From Selaginella moellendorffii (lineage: Eukaryota > Plantae > Lycopodiophyta), in NCBI RefSeq assembly GCF_000143415.4, contig NW_003314337.1, forward strand, positions 575,234-639,233: a DNA stretch of 64,000 nt, written 5' to 3'. The notes under the pieces are model-generated. The model ran no database searches. It saw nothing but the letters and a program-made list of their open reading frames with translations, and had not been told where the DNA came from. This document shows positions 13,841 to 27,800 of this stretch, piece after piece. Positions within the stretch are counted from its first letter, which is position 1. Each line of letters starts with the position of its first letter. The position numbers were made by a program, and so were the translations under genes.

Positions 13841-14889
13841 AAGAGGGTTTATGTTCTGCTTCGTGGTGTTATCCTATGGTAAATCACCATAGGATAAAGG
13901 GTCAAAACCACGTGTGCTACATCAATATTGGCTTGAAGACGGCCTTCTTTATTTTTTGGGGACGGATTCTGATGATCATTTATGGTTGGTGGTGCCTTCT
14001 ATCTTTATTCTGTGGTTTCTCCATGCCTACCATGATTCTCCTATTTTAGGTGGGCATATGGGACATCGTCGTGTCACTGAACAGGTCTTTCTATTAACCG
14101 GAGACGCGACGTGATGTTATCCGATATGTGCGTAGCTGCATTTGGTGCCAAGCTCGTAATACTCCCCCTCGTGCTGCAGAAGGATGGTTGGAGTCAATTG
14201 CAGTTTCCCATCCATTTGAGTTGGTGGCGTTTGATCTTATGGGACCTTTTCCATGGTTGATTGTTGGCAATAAGTATGTTATTATTGCTTATGACTACTT
14301 GACTCGTTAGGTGGAAGTTGGTGCTCTTGTTAGTGCCTCTGCAACTGCTGTTGGATATTTTCTCCTCAATCGAGTGGTGTTCTAATATTCTTGTCTAGAG
14401 TGGATTCATTTAGATAATGGTCCCACATTTATGGCTGAGGCATTTCATATTTTGATGTCTCGGTTGGGGATACACCACACTTTCACGAGTGCTTATCATC
14501 CACAATCAGATGGTCTAGTGAAACGGTTCGTTCGGACATTCAAAGGGATGATTGCGAAGTATGTGAACTTTCAGCATTCAGATTGGGATGTCTCTTTGGT
14601 ATGCATATGTCACAGGGGTGTAGAGTTCTGTTGGTGCTTCACCATATAAACTCCTATATGGTCATGATACGATTTTACCAACAGAGTTGGGTTTACCTTA
14701 GAAATTGCCACATGCTATGGATGCTAGGTCGTGGGATTAGTATTTGATGAGTATTTTTCCATTTGTCAAGTAGAGTCTATTGAACACTTAGGCTGCATAC
14801 AAGTCGGACAACAACGACGCTACAACTCCTATCATCATCCACCTGTAGAGTACAAAGTGGATGATTTGGTGTTAGTCCGTTTTCCCCAT
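13841..14889 (+). pseudogene. Degenerate Ty3/gypsy integrase
   Basis: HDSPILGGHMG and RSCIWCQ (HHCC), VAFDLMGPFP, GNKYVIIAYDYLTR, DNGPTF, TSAYHPQSDGLV. Many stops and frameshifts. Confidence 0.85.
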
Positions 14890-15162
14890 TGTGAAACACA
14901 AAACCCCTAGGCCCTAAAGTGGAGCTGAAAGGGTGCCACGTGGTAGTGGTCGAAGTGAAAGCCAAACAAGCGTAACACGTTTGGACTAAAAGCTCTGACT
15001 TGAAAGGTCGAGAGCAGGAGTGGAACTCCCAACGAAGGGCTCAAAGAACAAGCACGAAGTGAGCAATAAGTGAGTCTCTAGAAAAGGGACACAAGAGGAC
15101 CAACACATGACACGTGGAAGTGTCAGAGATAGAGTCCGAGATGGACCCGAGATGGACCTGAG
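14890..15162 (+). mobile_element. Diverged 5' fragment of a family-A LTR
   Basis: Starts TGTGAAACACAAAACCCCTAGG, homologous to the LTR start. Interrupted at 15163. Confidence 0.8.
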
Positions 15163-15508
15163 TGTAAGCGACTAATTTTTCCATTCTACTTTAGTCACTT
15201 AACCACACCTCCGACCACTTGGAGGAGTCTCATTCACAACCTCCATAAGTCCAATTCAGGACTTGGGACTTGCTAGCCCCAAGAATGGCATCCATGCCAC
15301 TCAACACTTGCACCTGGTCCAAGTGCTCCACGTGTCCGGTCCCAAGACCGACACCCAAAGGTACCACTGACATATCGGCCTGTTACGCTAAGGCCATGCC
15401 CATTCACCTTTGCCGCACTAGTGGTCCAATACCACTTGCATCACCATCCCGTCTCTCCAAGACTGGGCCATCTGTCCACGAGTGGTCATCCTGGATCCAC
15501 TCCTTAGC

Positions 15509-17185
15509 TGTGAGACACAAAATCCCTAGGCCCCAAAGTGGAGCCGGAAGGGCGCCACATGGTAGTGGCCGAAGCGAGAGCCAAACGAGCGTAACACGTT
15601 TGGACCAAAAGCTCCGACTTGAAAAGTCAAGAGCGGGAGTGGAACTCCCAACGAAGTGCTCGAGGAACGAGCACGAAGCGAGCAAAAGGCGAGGCTCCAA
15701 AAAGGGACCCAAAAGGACCAACACATGACACGTGGGAGTGTCCGAAATGGACTCGAGTTGGAGTCCGAAGTGGAGTCCGAGATGGACCCGAGTTGGAGTC
15801 CGAAGTGGAGTCCGAGGTGGACCCGAGATGGACCCGAGTTGGAGTCCGAAGTGGAGCCCGAGATGGAGTCCGAGATGGAGTCCGAGGTGGACCCGAGATG
15901 GAGTCCGAGATGGACCCGAGATGGAGTCCGAGATGGAGTCCGAGATGGACCCGAGATGGACCCGAGATGGAGTCCGAGATGGAGTCCGAGATGGAGTTCG
16001 AGATGGAGTCCGAGATGGAGTCCGAGATGGAGTCCGAAGTCAAGACCGAGACCGGGACCGAGACCGGGACCGAGACCGAGACCGAGACCGAGATCGGGAC
16101 CGAGACCGAGACCGAGCCCGAGCCCGAGTCCGAGTCCGAATCCGAGTCCGAGTCCGAGTCCGAGTCCGAGTCCGAGTCCGGAGCCTGAGAGGGTGAAAGC
16201 CCAAAGCGTTCGTCTCCCAGACCCTGGGGGGTTTGGTGAGCCCCAAAAGTATAGTAGGGGGAGGACTGCAGTGGAGCCAGTTTGGCCAGGAAAGGCCAGT
16301 TTGGCCCAGGAAGGCCGGACCCAGTGTTGGGTGATGAGATGCCCACTGGGAAGTCCAAGACTAGAGTGAACACGGACCGACAAGCGGGGTAGCTTGGTGA
16401 AGTGTTCAAGAGCCGGCTCTAGTTCCCCCGGGAGATCGACTGGCCGATGCTCCCAGTCCAAGTGTGGGTGGCACTACCTACTTGGATACCAGGCGTGGCT
16501 CAACGGAACCTCGCTCTAAGCCCATGGCTAGAGCACCTAAAGGCGATAGGTGGGGAGAGTACCCAGGTGGCTCGCGTAAGGCCACGGGGTTCTGAAATGT
16601 CGTCCCAAAGGCCCAGACTGTGGAAAGGAAGAGGAGCAGTCCTCTGGGGTAGTGACCAAGGACACAGTCGTGTGGTGAGGAAGTCCCAGAGGACCGTGGG
16701 ACTTAGTGGTCGGGCCTGTGGGCCTCGATCCAGTGGCAGTGTTGGCAAACATGGCCAGGGGCAGAAAGGGACTTGGTAGGAACTGACAAAGGGACTTTGG
16801 GGAAGGCGATTCCCCAGGTCTGTGGGCATCCTAAGGATGCTAAGGAGTGGATCTAGGATGACCCCTCGTAGACAGATGGCCCAGTCTTGGAGAGACGGGA
16901 TGGTGATGCAAGTGGTATTGGACCATTTGCGCAGCAAAGGTGAATGGGCATGGCCTTAGCGTAACGGGCCGAGATGTCAGTGGTACCTTTGGGTGTCGGT
17001 CATGGGATCGGACACGTGGAGCACTTGGACCAAGTGCAAAGGTTGAGTGGCATGGATGCCATTCTCGGGGCTAGCAAGCCCCAAGTCCTGAATGGGACTT
17101 ATGGAGGTTGTGAATGAGACTCCTCCAAGTGGTCGAAGGTGTGGTTAAGTGACTAAAGTAGAATGGAAAAATTTAGTCGCTTACA
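15509..17185 (+). mobile_element. Solo LTR, family A, TSD TTAGC
   Basis: TGTGAGACAC...GTCGCTTACA, with TTAGC at 15504-15508 and 17186-17190. Confidence 0.95.
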
Positions 17186-17506
17186 TTAGCATCCTTAGGA
17201 TGCCCACAGACCTGGGGAATCGCCTTCCCGAAAGTCCCTTTGTCAGTTCCTACCAAGTCCCTTTCTGCCCCTGGCCGTGTTTGCCAACACTGCCACTGGA
17301 TCGAGGCCCACAGGCCCGACCACTAAGTCCCACGGTCCTCTGGGACTTCCTCACCACACGACTGTGTCCTTGGTCACTACCCCAGAAGACTGCTCCTCTT
17401 CCTTTCCACAGTCTGGGCCTTTGGGACAACATTTCGGAACACCGTGGCCTTACGCGAGCCACCTGGGTACTCTCCCCGCCTTTCGCCTTTAGGTGCTCTA
17501 GCCATG

Positions 17507-19303
17507 TGTGAGACACAAAATCCCTAGGCCCCAAAGTGGAGCCGGAAGGGCGCCACATGGTAGTGGCCGAAGCGAGAGCCAAACGAGCGTAACACGTTTG
17601 GACCAAAAGCTCCGACTTGAAAAGTCAAGAGCGGGAGTGGAACTCCCAACGAAGTGCTCGAGGAACGAGCACGAAGCGAGCAAAAGGCGAGGCTCCAAAA
17701 AGGGACCCAAAAGGACCAACACATGACACGTGGGAGTGTCCGAGATGGACTCGAGTTGGAGTCCGAAGTGGAGTCCGAGATGGACTCGAGTTGGAGTCCG
17801 AAGTGGAGTCCGAGATGGACCCGAGTTGGAGTCTGAAGTGGAGTCCGAGAAGGACCCGAGTTGGAGTCCGAAGTGGAGTCCGAGGTGGACCCGAGATGGA
17901 CCCGAGTTGGAGTCTGAAGTGGAGTCCGAGATGGACCCGAGATGGAGTCCGAGATGGAGTCCGAGGTGGACCCAAGATGGACCCGAAATGGAGTCCGAGA
18001 TGGAGTCCGAGATGGACCCGAGATGGAGTCCGAGATGGACCCGAGGTGGAGTCCGAGATGGAGTCCGAGATGGACCCGAGGTGGAGTCCGAGATGGAGTC
18101 CTAGATGGAGTCCGAGATGGAGTCCGAAGTCGAGACCGAGACCGGGACCGAGACCGGGACCGAGACCGAGACCGAGACCGAGATCGGGACCGAGACCGAG
18201 ACCGAGGCCGAGGCCAAGACCGAGCCCGAGCCCGAGTCCGAGCCCGAATCCGAGTCCGAGTCCGAGTCCGAGTCCGAGTCCGAGTTCGAGTCCGAGTCCG
18301 GAGCCTGAGAGGGTGAAAGCCCAAAGCGTTCGTCTCCCAGACCCTGGGGGGTTTGGTGAGCTCCAAAAGTATAGTAGGGGGAGGACTGCAGTGGAGCCAG
18401 TTTGGCCAGGAGAGGCCAGTTTGGCCCAGGAAGGCCAGACCCCGTGTTGGGTGATGAGCTGCCCACTGGGAAGTCCAAGACTAGAGTGAACACGGACCGA
18501 CAAGCAGGGTAGCTTGGTGAAGTGTTCAAGAGCCGGCTCTAGTTCCCCCGGGAGATCGACTGGCCGATGCTCCCAGTCCAAGTGTGGGTGGCACTACCTA
18601 CTTGGATACCTGGTGTGGCTCAACGGAACCCGCTCTAAGCCCATGGCTAGAGCACCCAAGGGCAGAAGGCGAGGAGAGTACCCAGGTGGCTCGCGTAAGG
18701 CCACGGTGTTCCGAAATGTTGTCCCAAAGGCCCAGACTATGGAAAGGAAGAGGAGCAGTCCTCTGGGGTAGTGACCAAGGACACAGTCGTGTGGTGAGGA
18801 AGTCCCAGAGGACCATGGGACTTAGTGGTCGGGCCTGTGGGCCTCGATCCAGTGGCAGTGTTGGCAAACACGGCCAGGGGCAGAAAGGGACTTGGTAGGA
18901 ACTGACAAAGGGACTTTCGGGAAGGCGATTCCCCAGGTCTGTGGGCATCCTAAGGATGCTAAGGAGTGGATCCAGGATGACCACTCGTGGACAGATGGCC
19001 CAGTCTTGGAGAGACGGGATGGTGATGCAAGTGGTATTGGACCACTAGTGCAGCAAAGGTGAATGGGCATGGCCTTAGCGTAACGGGCCGAGATGTCAGT
19101 GGTACCTTTGGGTGTCGGTCTTGGGACCGGACACGTGGAGCACTTGGACCAGGTGCAAGTGTGGAGTGGCATGGATGCCATTCTTGGGGCTAGCAAGTCC
19201 CAAGTCCTAAATTGGACTTATGGAGGTTGTGAATGAGACTCCTCTAAGTGGTTGGAGGTGTGGTTAAGTGACTAAAGTAGAATGGAAAAATTAGTCGCTT
19301 ACA
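17507..19303 (+). mobile_element. Solo LTR, family A, TSD CCATG
   Basis: TGTGAGACAC...GTCGCTTACA, with CCATG at 17502-17506 and 19304-19308. Confidence 0.95.
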
Positions 19304-20522
19304 CCATGGGCTTAGAGCGAGGTTCCGTTGAGCCACACCTGGTATCCAAGTAGGTAGTGCCACCCACACTTGGACTGGGAGCATCGGCCAGTCGATCTCC
19401 CGGGGGAACTAGAGCCGGCTCTTGAACACTTCACCAAGCTACCCCGCTTGTCGGTCCGTATTCACTCTAGTCTTGGACTTCCTAGTGGTCAGTTCATCAC
19501 CCAACACTGGGTATGGCCTTCCTGGGCCAAACTGGCCTTTCCTGGCCAAACTGGCTCCACTGCAGTCCTCCCCCCTACTATACTTTTGGGGCTCACCAAA
19601 CCCCCCAGGGTCTGGGAGACGAACGCTTTGGGCTTTCACCCTCTCAGGCTCCGGACTCGGACTCGGACTCGGACTCAGACTCGGACTCGGACTCGGATTC
19701 AGACTCGGACTCGGGCTCGGGCTCGGTCTCGGCCTCGGCCTCGGTCTCGGTCTCGGTCCCGATCTCGGTCTCGGTCTCGGTCTCGGTCCCGGTCTCGGTC
19801 CCGGTCTCGGTCTCGACTTCGGACTCCATCTCGGACTCCATCTCGGACTCCATCTCGGACTCCATCTCGGGTCCATCTCGGACTCCATCTCGGACTCCAT
19901 CTCGGGTCCATCTCGGACTCCATCTCGGACTCCATTTCGGGTCCATCTCGGGTCCACCTCGGACTCCATCTCGGACTCCATCTCGGACTCCATCTCGGGT
20001 GCATCTCGGACTCCACTTCGGACTCCAACTCGGGTCCATCTCGGGTCCACCTCGGACTCCAACTCGGACTCCATCTCGGACTCCATCTCGGACTCCACTT
20101 CGGACTCCAACTCGGGTCCATCTCGGGTCCACCTCAGACTCCACGTCGGACTCCATCTCGGACTCCATCTCGGGTCCATCTTGGACTCCACTTCGGACTC
20201 CAACTCGGGTCCATCTCGGACTCCACTTCGGACTCCAACTCGAGTCCATCTCGGACTCCACTTCGGACTCCAAGTCGAGTCCATCTCGGACACTCCCACG
20301 TGTCATGTGTTGGTCCTTTTGGGTCCCTTTTTGGAGCCTCGCCTTTTGCTCGCTTCGTGCTCGTTCCTCGAGCACTTCGTTGGGAGTTCCACTCCCGCTC
20401 TTGACTTTTCAAGTCGGAGCTTTTGGTCCAAACGTGTTACGCTCGTTTGGCTCTCGCTTCGGCCACTACCATGTGGCGCCCTTCCAGCTCCACTTTGGGG
20501 CCTAGGGATTTTGTGTCTCACA

Positions 20523-23500
20523 ACTCCACCACCCATAGACGAAGTTCGATGTCCTCATCGAACGGTAAACCCTTTCATAAAGTGACACCCACACGTGTTA
20601 CCATTTCCATCCTTGGCACCTAGCCAATCTTTGTCTATGGTTTGACATCAAAGGCTCACCATGCCTTGTCCATCCTTTAAGGAGCGTAGTCTCTCCAACT
20701 TAGAGACTGATTGGACCACATGTAATGGTTCTCTCCTTTTATTGGTTTAGTTCTCGCTAAACCTCTTAGAGACCCTTCTCTAAGTCAATCCCACTACTCC
20801 TTCTCGAGTAGTCTCAATTTCCATGGATATAACCTTTGCACTTTGGAACTTTGAATTTTGACTTCTTGGAGTCAATTTCCTAGGTGTCTCCGACACCTTG
20901 CCTTGCACCTTTTGTGCAACTCCACTTCCCATCCTAGGAAGTTCTCTACTCGAGGGCACCATCATTATCTCTTCTATTTCGGGCCAAAGTTCCAGTTATC
21001 ATACTTTGTGCTAGGGCTGTTCATGGCCCTATCATTTGGCTACCTTACCGCTCCCTCCCTTGGACCTTCCACTTTCGCCAAATCGGAGCATTTCGGAATC
21101 CCTCCTTGGAAACACACTTCCTTTCCCGCAACTTGTTAGTGTCCAACACATTAGTGTTCCTCGCCTAACTTTGTCACTTGGATTCCTTCCAAGGGATTCC
21201 ACGGCCCTATCTTGGCCACTCATCTTTTGCTCCTATCCGTTGATTGTTGCACCAAGCAACATCGAATCTCTACCTCCCTCCTTGAGGTATTGTTTCGGTT
21301 CCATAGCAAAGACTCTTCTTTGCCAAGTCCGGAGGATGTTCACCCCTAGTACGTCTCTTTAGCATCTTCTGCTATGGGCTCTATCCACGGCCCAACTTCG
21401 TGACCCTCCCATGGGTCTTTTATAGAGACTACTTTCCTCGGACTCACTATGCCATCGCACGGACATAGTTTATTTCCCTTAGGTGCTCTTCCCACTTGGT
21501 CATCATGACCAAGCCACACCACCTTAAACAGTTCAATTTCAACATTTTGAACCAGGAACTTCATTCCTTAGCCAACCAAGGACCTTGTCCTTATCTGGCC
21601 ATAAGATCACCTAGTGATCTCACCTTGGCACCTTAACAGATTTGCCAAGAGGTACTTGGTCTTCTAGACCTCCAAGTTGTTGACTATAACCCCGGGGGCA
21701 TCCCCCACACTTGGCGGTGCACCCAAGCTAGCCCTTACGGCCAAGGGTTCATAGCAACTGAGATTAGGTGTCCCCATCTCACTCACCACGACCTTGGTGC
21801 CACTTGCACCAAAGCGTTCAAGTTAGATATGCCGAGCTTTCACACTAGGCAATCTAACCGTGCATCACGACTCCGAGGCATCCCTCGCTTGGCGGTGTGC
21901 CCAAACCAGTCTCCACACTGAGAGTCCATGACCACCGAAATATGAGTGTCCTCATATTCCAAACCATCACCACGCCCTAGTGATTTGGGACTCGAACCCA
22001 AGCACTAGAGGGTCGGGACTCGAACCCAACCTCGGTATATGCATCTACAGAAGGCATCACACTAGATGCCTGGCGTGACTCCCCACGCCGGTGCACCAAC
22101 CTATTTTTAAAGCGCGCTACAGATCACAGCTTAGGAACCTAGTTCCTCCACACTGCCAAGTCCTCTCACTTGACATGTCTGTGATCATGCATGGACTCCT
22201 CCATGCTCGGCCCCATGGCCCACCCTTTTTGAAGTTATCACCTTCAACTAGGGTATTTGTTCCCCCGACGTGCCAATCTCGCTTGGCAAGTCCTCCGACC
22301 ACTGTAACATGGTTCCTGCATAGGCGTGAAAGTCCTTGACCATCGACTTTCGTTCAAAGCCCTCTCTTTGAACATTCGGGAACTACTTCCCTAACCTTGA
22401 TAGCCTTGCCTCATAGCAAGCTTCAAGACCACGCTTCTGCTGCGCCACTCTGATTTCGCGCGTTCCATGAACCATTTACACTTGGCCTTTCTAGGTACTA
22501 AGCTACCTAGAATCGTCTTTGGGAACCTTGAAGGAACTCTGTCCCTCAGCTTGCTAAGGCCTCCCTTTTTGCAAGCCTTCAAAATGCCACATAGTCTAAC
22601 ATGGACAATTCCATATTTTAGACTCTCCATGGCATCACGGTTGCTAGCGGCAACACCCTCGAGCCCCCACTTGATTCTCCACTCCCAGCTGGCATAACCA
22701 ACCTTGGTTATGCCCTTCGATTCCTATGGTTTGGTTCTATCCCCTTACTACTTGCTTTTTGGCTTCACACCTTTCCTTTGGTCATTCTCCTCCAGACCAG
22801 GAGGATAGCTTTGCACTTTCTATCACGCTTTGGCAAGTATTCTTAGGGATGAACTTACCCAATAGCCTAGGGAGTGGTTCCTCAATCCAGGTATGCTCAC
22901 CTTATAATCCCACACACTGGGATTACATTGTTGCTTATGGGCCTTTACATGCCCATCACTAGCCTTGCCAAAATTCCATTTTTGGCTTTGTCCAACTCGG
23001 GTAGACAGTCTCTCCTGTCTCCACAACCTTGGACATTTGGATAGCACCTTCTATCCATCATTCGCTAGGGACTTAGTCCCTTGGGCTTTATCCATTGCCC
23101 TCACGACATCAAACACCACCTTCTGGTGTTCTAGAGTGTCCGGGTGTCCCAATGATGGCTTTCTTGACAATGAGTATTTCCTTTTATGACATTGACTTAC
23201 TATATCGCAACACAAGCAACTTATCCCCCGTAAGGGTATATCCAACTTCCTTATGCTATTAAGAAGTCTTGGGTAGCTACCTTCTACCCGTTTAACCAGT
23301 TATTTTGCACCTCTTGCTTAGTTGCCTCATAGTTGTCAAGTCCTACAACTCATTGCTTGGTGCTTTCACACCTCCATCATTATCTGGGTCACCACACTCC
23401 AATTGCATGCTCTGCAGCTTAGGCTATGCCATTCCCATTTCCATTGGGATTCCTTTGGCAAGGGGTTCTCATGAACCCACCATCATAGCCTCAAGGTATC

Positions 23501-24130
23501 ACACCTTGGCACATTTGGTGTCTCCACACCATTGGCTCCACGAGCCTACCTCTATGACATTTCCCTTTCGTGTCTAAGTCTTTGCCAAGACCAACACCGC
23601 TCTTTCTCATGCCAACCATCCGTTAGCACTGCCCCATAGAGGTCACACACAACTTTATGTCAAAGTTGTTTTCTTCTGGGAACACCTTTCCCATAACTTT
23701 AGCATGGCACATTTTGCCATCGATGAGATACTCTCTGTTCTCATCCTTGGATCCTATGATCCCCCCCCATCCTTTGTGGGGTACAACGCACCTCAATCCA
23801 AATGCTTCTATCAGTCCTTTTAGGACCATCCCTTGACTCTACTTGAGTCGTCTACCAGTTTTGGACTTAGTTAATCCACCGACCTGTAAGGTCCTACTTG
23901 TGAGGCACTAGCTCACTAGAATACACTTCTTGCATTTCTGTCCTACTCAAAGGGACTATTTTCACAAGTGTTACTCCGTCACTTGATTTTGTTCCCTGGG
24001 GGCAACCTTTACCCCTTAGGACTACTTGTCCATGTGATGAGAATACCAACTCATCCACTTAATACACCCCCAACTCCTTGGGTTGTTCCAGCATTTATTA
24101 GAGGTAGCCCCGGCTACCATTTCCAGGACT
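20523..24130 (-). mobile_element. 3' internal (noncoding) region of the family-A LTR element with PPT, cut off by transposon copy 2
   Basis: On the minus strand GGGTGGTGGAGT directly precedes the LTR's TG start. This LTR has no TSD. No recognisable pol motifs in 3.6 kb. Confidence 0.6.
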
Positions 24131-24819
24131 AAGCTCTATTTCGTTAAAGTGGGATTTATTCAGTAAAATGGGACTAGGTACAAATTTTCAAGTATTTGAA
24201 AATGACGTGAAATTATATGTTTTTTGTCCAGGGGCTAGACATATCTGGGGCATGGTGACTAGCGCGGTGACTTTGTGTCCAGACTGAGTCCATCTGGTTG
24301 TATAAAAAATCTCATTGTCAAGGTGAACAAGCCGAATCTGAAGCTAAAGAAGAGCGATGGCATGCGCGCACACACTATTTGTTTGTTCATTGAGCGTGTG
24401 GTGAGCTTTCCAAGATGAACGTCATTCCTATTAGCCAGACATATAACTTAATGGTGAGAACATTTAGATATTATTCAATGTTATCTTTTTCTAACGAATC
24501 TAATTGTGAAGGTGTAGCAAGAGGCATTGCTAGTCTGGAGAAGTCATTTAACTCATTTGACCCTTAGTGTATTTTCATGAAACTAAATAACATTCATATT
24601 ATTAAGGAATTTCTCTAGTACCTTTTTTTTACGACATAGAGGCTTGCATTTCTTTCAAAGGTGATTTAGTAAAAGGCCTGAGGGCACATGCCATTCTATT
24701 TCTCAGACCGGTATTAAGATATACTAGTGCAAAGGGCCACATGCCATCACGCCTCCTCTGATTCAGATTCGGATTGTTCACCTTGAAATAAAATACATTA
24801 GAAACTTAGTAAAGGAATA

Positions 24820-27800
24820 TTAATGAATCTCACCTTGAACCCGGGTTATGAATGCTCTTGCTGCATCTCTTGCATGGTCTGGCAAGGTGATGGTGGCACT
24901 CTGCTTCCGCATCCAACCATGCACAACATTATCCACCGATATGCTCATGCTGGGATCCCTTGGATTCAGCACCCATCTCTTTTCTAGGCAATCCTTCGTA
25001 TATCCGGAACTTGGCTTGAACCACTCCACAGTTACATTGAAGGAGTTAGTTTCCGCGTCCTCCTCTGCATCAGTGATACAGCGCCCCACCCATATCATTT
25101 GTTTTTTATTACTGGGTCTGACAAGCACGACCATTCCTTTGCAGACCTGTACTGGATTGAATGCTGAATCCGGCTTCTTGTTCCTCGGCCCACAATAGTG
25201 ATCCTCAACATCGTTATCTGTCACTGCATTTCTAGAGGACATTTTCCGCTACTATCTGGTGCTTTGGGTTCTGGCCAAAAGGACTCTTCCAATTCTTCAT
25301 ATACAACCGGCCCATTTTGGATAGCAGATATAATCTTCTCCCAGTATTCGAGCAAAGGCTTGCACCTCTTAAAATAGGATTCTCCACCAAACACCAACCC
25401 CCTCTTCCAGAAGGCAATATGCTGTCTAATCCCGGCCACTATACTTTCCTGGTCTTTGAGTCCATCCGGGTGCATCGGCCGTGGGGAACCCTGAGGAATC
25501 ATAGGTTCCCCAATTATGGGATCTCTCTTGAAGAGTTCAATGCCATCCACTGGCAGCCACACTGTGTCCCATTCTCTCATCTTGTACCTCATCACTGGAG
25601 CACCGTCACGCATGCTGAAATGAAACTAAAGAGGCTTGGAGTGGCCAATCAGCGTTTCGGATCCGTCCCTGATGTAGCCTCTTACAAACCCCTTAAAGTC
25701 TGGAACCTCTGTCACAAGTGCAGCTTCAACAGTGCCTTTGATGCAATTTTGGAATTCATCGTAGAGTTGTGGGAGGGTGAGGACATTGGATCGCCGGAGG
25801 GACTCTGCCAGGTGACTGAACATGGCATCGACGTCTTCATGAGTGTGCCCAACCATGAGAAAGCCAAGTGTAACCGTTTCAAATATGCCTTTGGCAACAA
25901 GCATCGCCAAGTACGCGAAGACGTACATGTTTTTGTTCTCACTGCCAGCATTGTCTGTTTGGAGCAGAAGATGGGGTGGAAGGCCACATCGGCCGCAAGA
26001 ACTTCCTTGAGATTCTGCTTCGTTTGGATGAGGCTGTGCATTCACCGGGCGACCAGCCTCGTCGTAATGGCATGAGGCCTCACGTGATAACCCTACAATC
26101 TGACGGTCAACATATTCACTGGGATGGCATGGGGCCCCACGCGATACTGCAAGCCTTTGCTCCTCCTCCAGCTGAACCCTGTATGGGGTTCGATCGACAA
26201 GGGCCTTATGCAAGGGTTGGCCGTTCAGCTCAGTCTGCGCACTTTGCAGAGACCTTAAGTGTTTTGCTAAGGACGCAATCATCATGTTTGCACCCCCGCC
26301 ACCCCATAGAGGTACAAAGAAGTTCCCATAGTTCTGGGCACCATGCCCATGAGCGATTATGCCAAACAGAGACACAGGCAGCTGCATGGATGAAGAGATT
26401 GCCTTGGGGGCAGGATTGAGTCGAGGTAAGCACGTCTTTTTCTGATCCATTTTGTCGTGGATGATGCAGAGGTAAGAGTCAGGTCTCTCCATGGAGAGAA
26501 TCCTGTTATGATAATATGCAGTCCTGCAGCTTCTCTGCTCGATGTTGTGGTCGAGCCGCCTTCTAACCAACGTCTCTCGCTCTTGAGCGCTGCAAGAATT
26601 CTTCGACAAAGCCATTTTGATAGCAGTGCACTCGTCACACTTTGAAAAGCTAGAGTACTTTCCTATACTCACATCCCTGAACCTGTTGCTCCACAATCTA
26701 CTAAATCTAGATTGGCTCAGCTTCCTGTAGCCATTACTCTGGAGTTCCCGATTCACATCTTCCAATATGGCCCCCTTGGTATACATGGAAGGGAGAACTC
26801 GTTGGGTGTCTCGTGTTCCATCTTCCAAGAGGCGGGTTTTATGTGGTTGCTGCTCGCTACATGTCTCGACAAACCTCTTGAAGATTGCCTCTCCATATAC
26901 AACATGACCCCTGGTTTTGTGCGTACCGTCGTTCCCATGGACTGCCTGTTGAACCCTTTGTTCCTCGAACTCAGTTTTGATTCTGTAGAATGTGGTTCGA
27001 GGGACTCCATAAATGATTCTCCATGCCTTCATGCAGACCAAACCCCTCTGGAAGACCATGCCCCCCACCTGATGTTCTGAAGCATCAACAGATGACCGTA
27101 ATGCCTCATACACAAAATTGCGAGCTGCCTTCCAGGACAATGTCTTGTATCTTGCTCTCTCCTCTTCAATAGCATCCCAATCAGCATGTTGACAGCACCT
27201 CCTCTTGCAACAAGCAACTGTCGAGACCATTCGAACCTCCATCGCCATTTTCTGCCTTTTCGGTTCGTTGCTCAGATCCCTTTGGCTGCGCTGTAGGAAG
27301 GTGTACTTTCTTTTCCCATGAAGAGATGTTCTGTCATCAGTTGTAGTGGTGTTTGATTGTGAATCCTTCACATTCTCAAACACTAAATGCCTCAATTTCC
27401 ACCGCACAATGCTTCCAATAGTCAGACTGTTTTCTTCTGTGTCAACAACCTCTAAAATTGCAACTCCAATATCATCCCAGCCCAATTCTTGATTAGCAAC
27501 CGCATCTCTTGGATCGACAACTGTGGCTAAGCCCTCAACTACCACCTCCCCCTCGGGGTTGTTTAGAAACACCTTTGCCTGAATCCATGTAGCACGGTTC
27601 TTAAGATCCACGGAGGGAACATGCGTCGCACTTGCGCTGTCCCCAACATCTGCTTTCTTCTGAAGATTTTTCAAGGCAACAACAACATTTACCCCGACGA
27701 CCATCTCTCCTCGTTCAATAGCGACCACATTCCCATCGAAGACAGTCTCTACTGATACAGCAGCATTGCCTTCCCCAAGCCTTTGACAGTGTATAACAAA

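Larger units (their letters stand above)
15163..20522 (-). mobile_element. Family-A LTR on the minus strand (3' LTR), split into 15163-15508, 17186-17506 and 19304-20522 by two nested solo LTRs
   Basis: Termini TGTAAGCGACT (15163) and GTGTCTCACA (20522). The three pieces rejoin seamlessly after removing the nested LTRs and one copy of each TSD. Confidence 0.92.

Noticed and set aside
15526-20585. Long ORFs of MESE, WSPR, RD, GL and SD repeats in all six frames (also 1-409 and 59510-60376)
   Set aside because: They are artefacts of stop-free 6/12-mer arrays in the LTRs, and frames and lengths are not conserved between copies.
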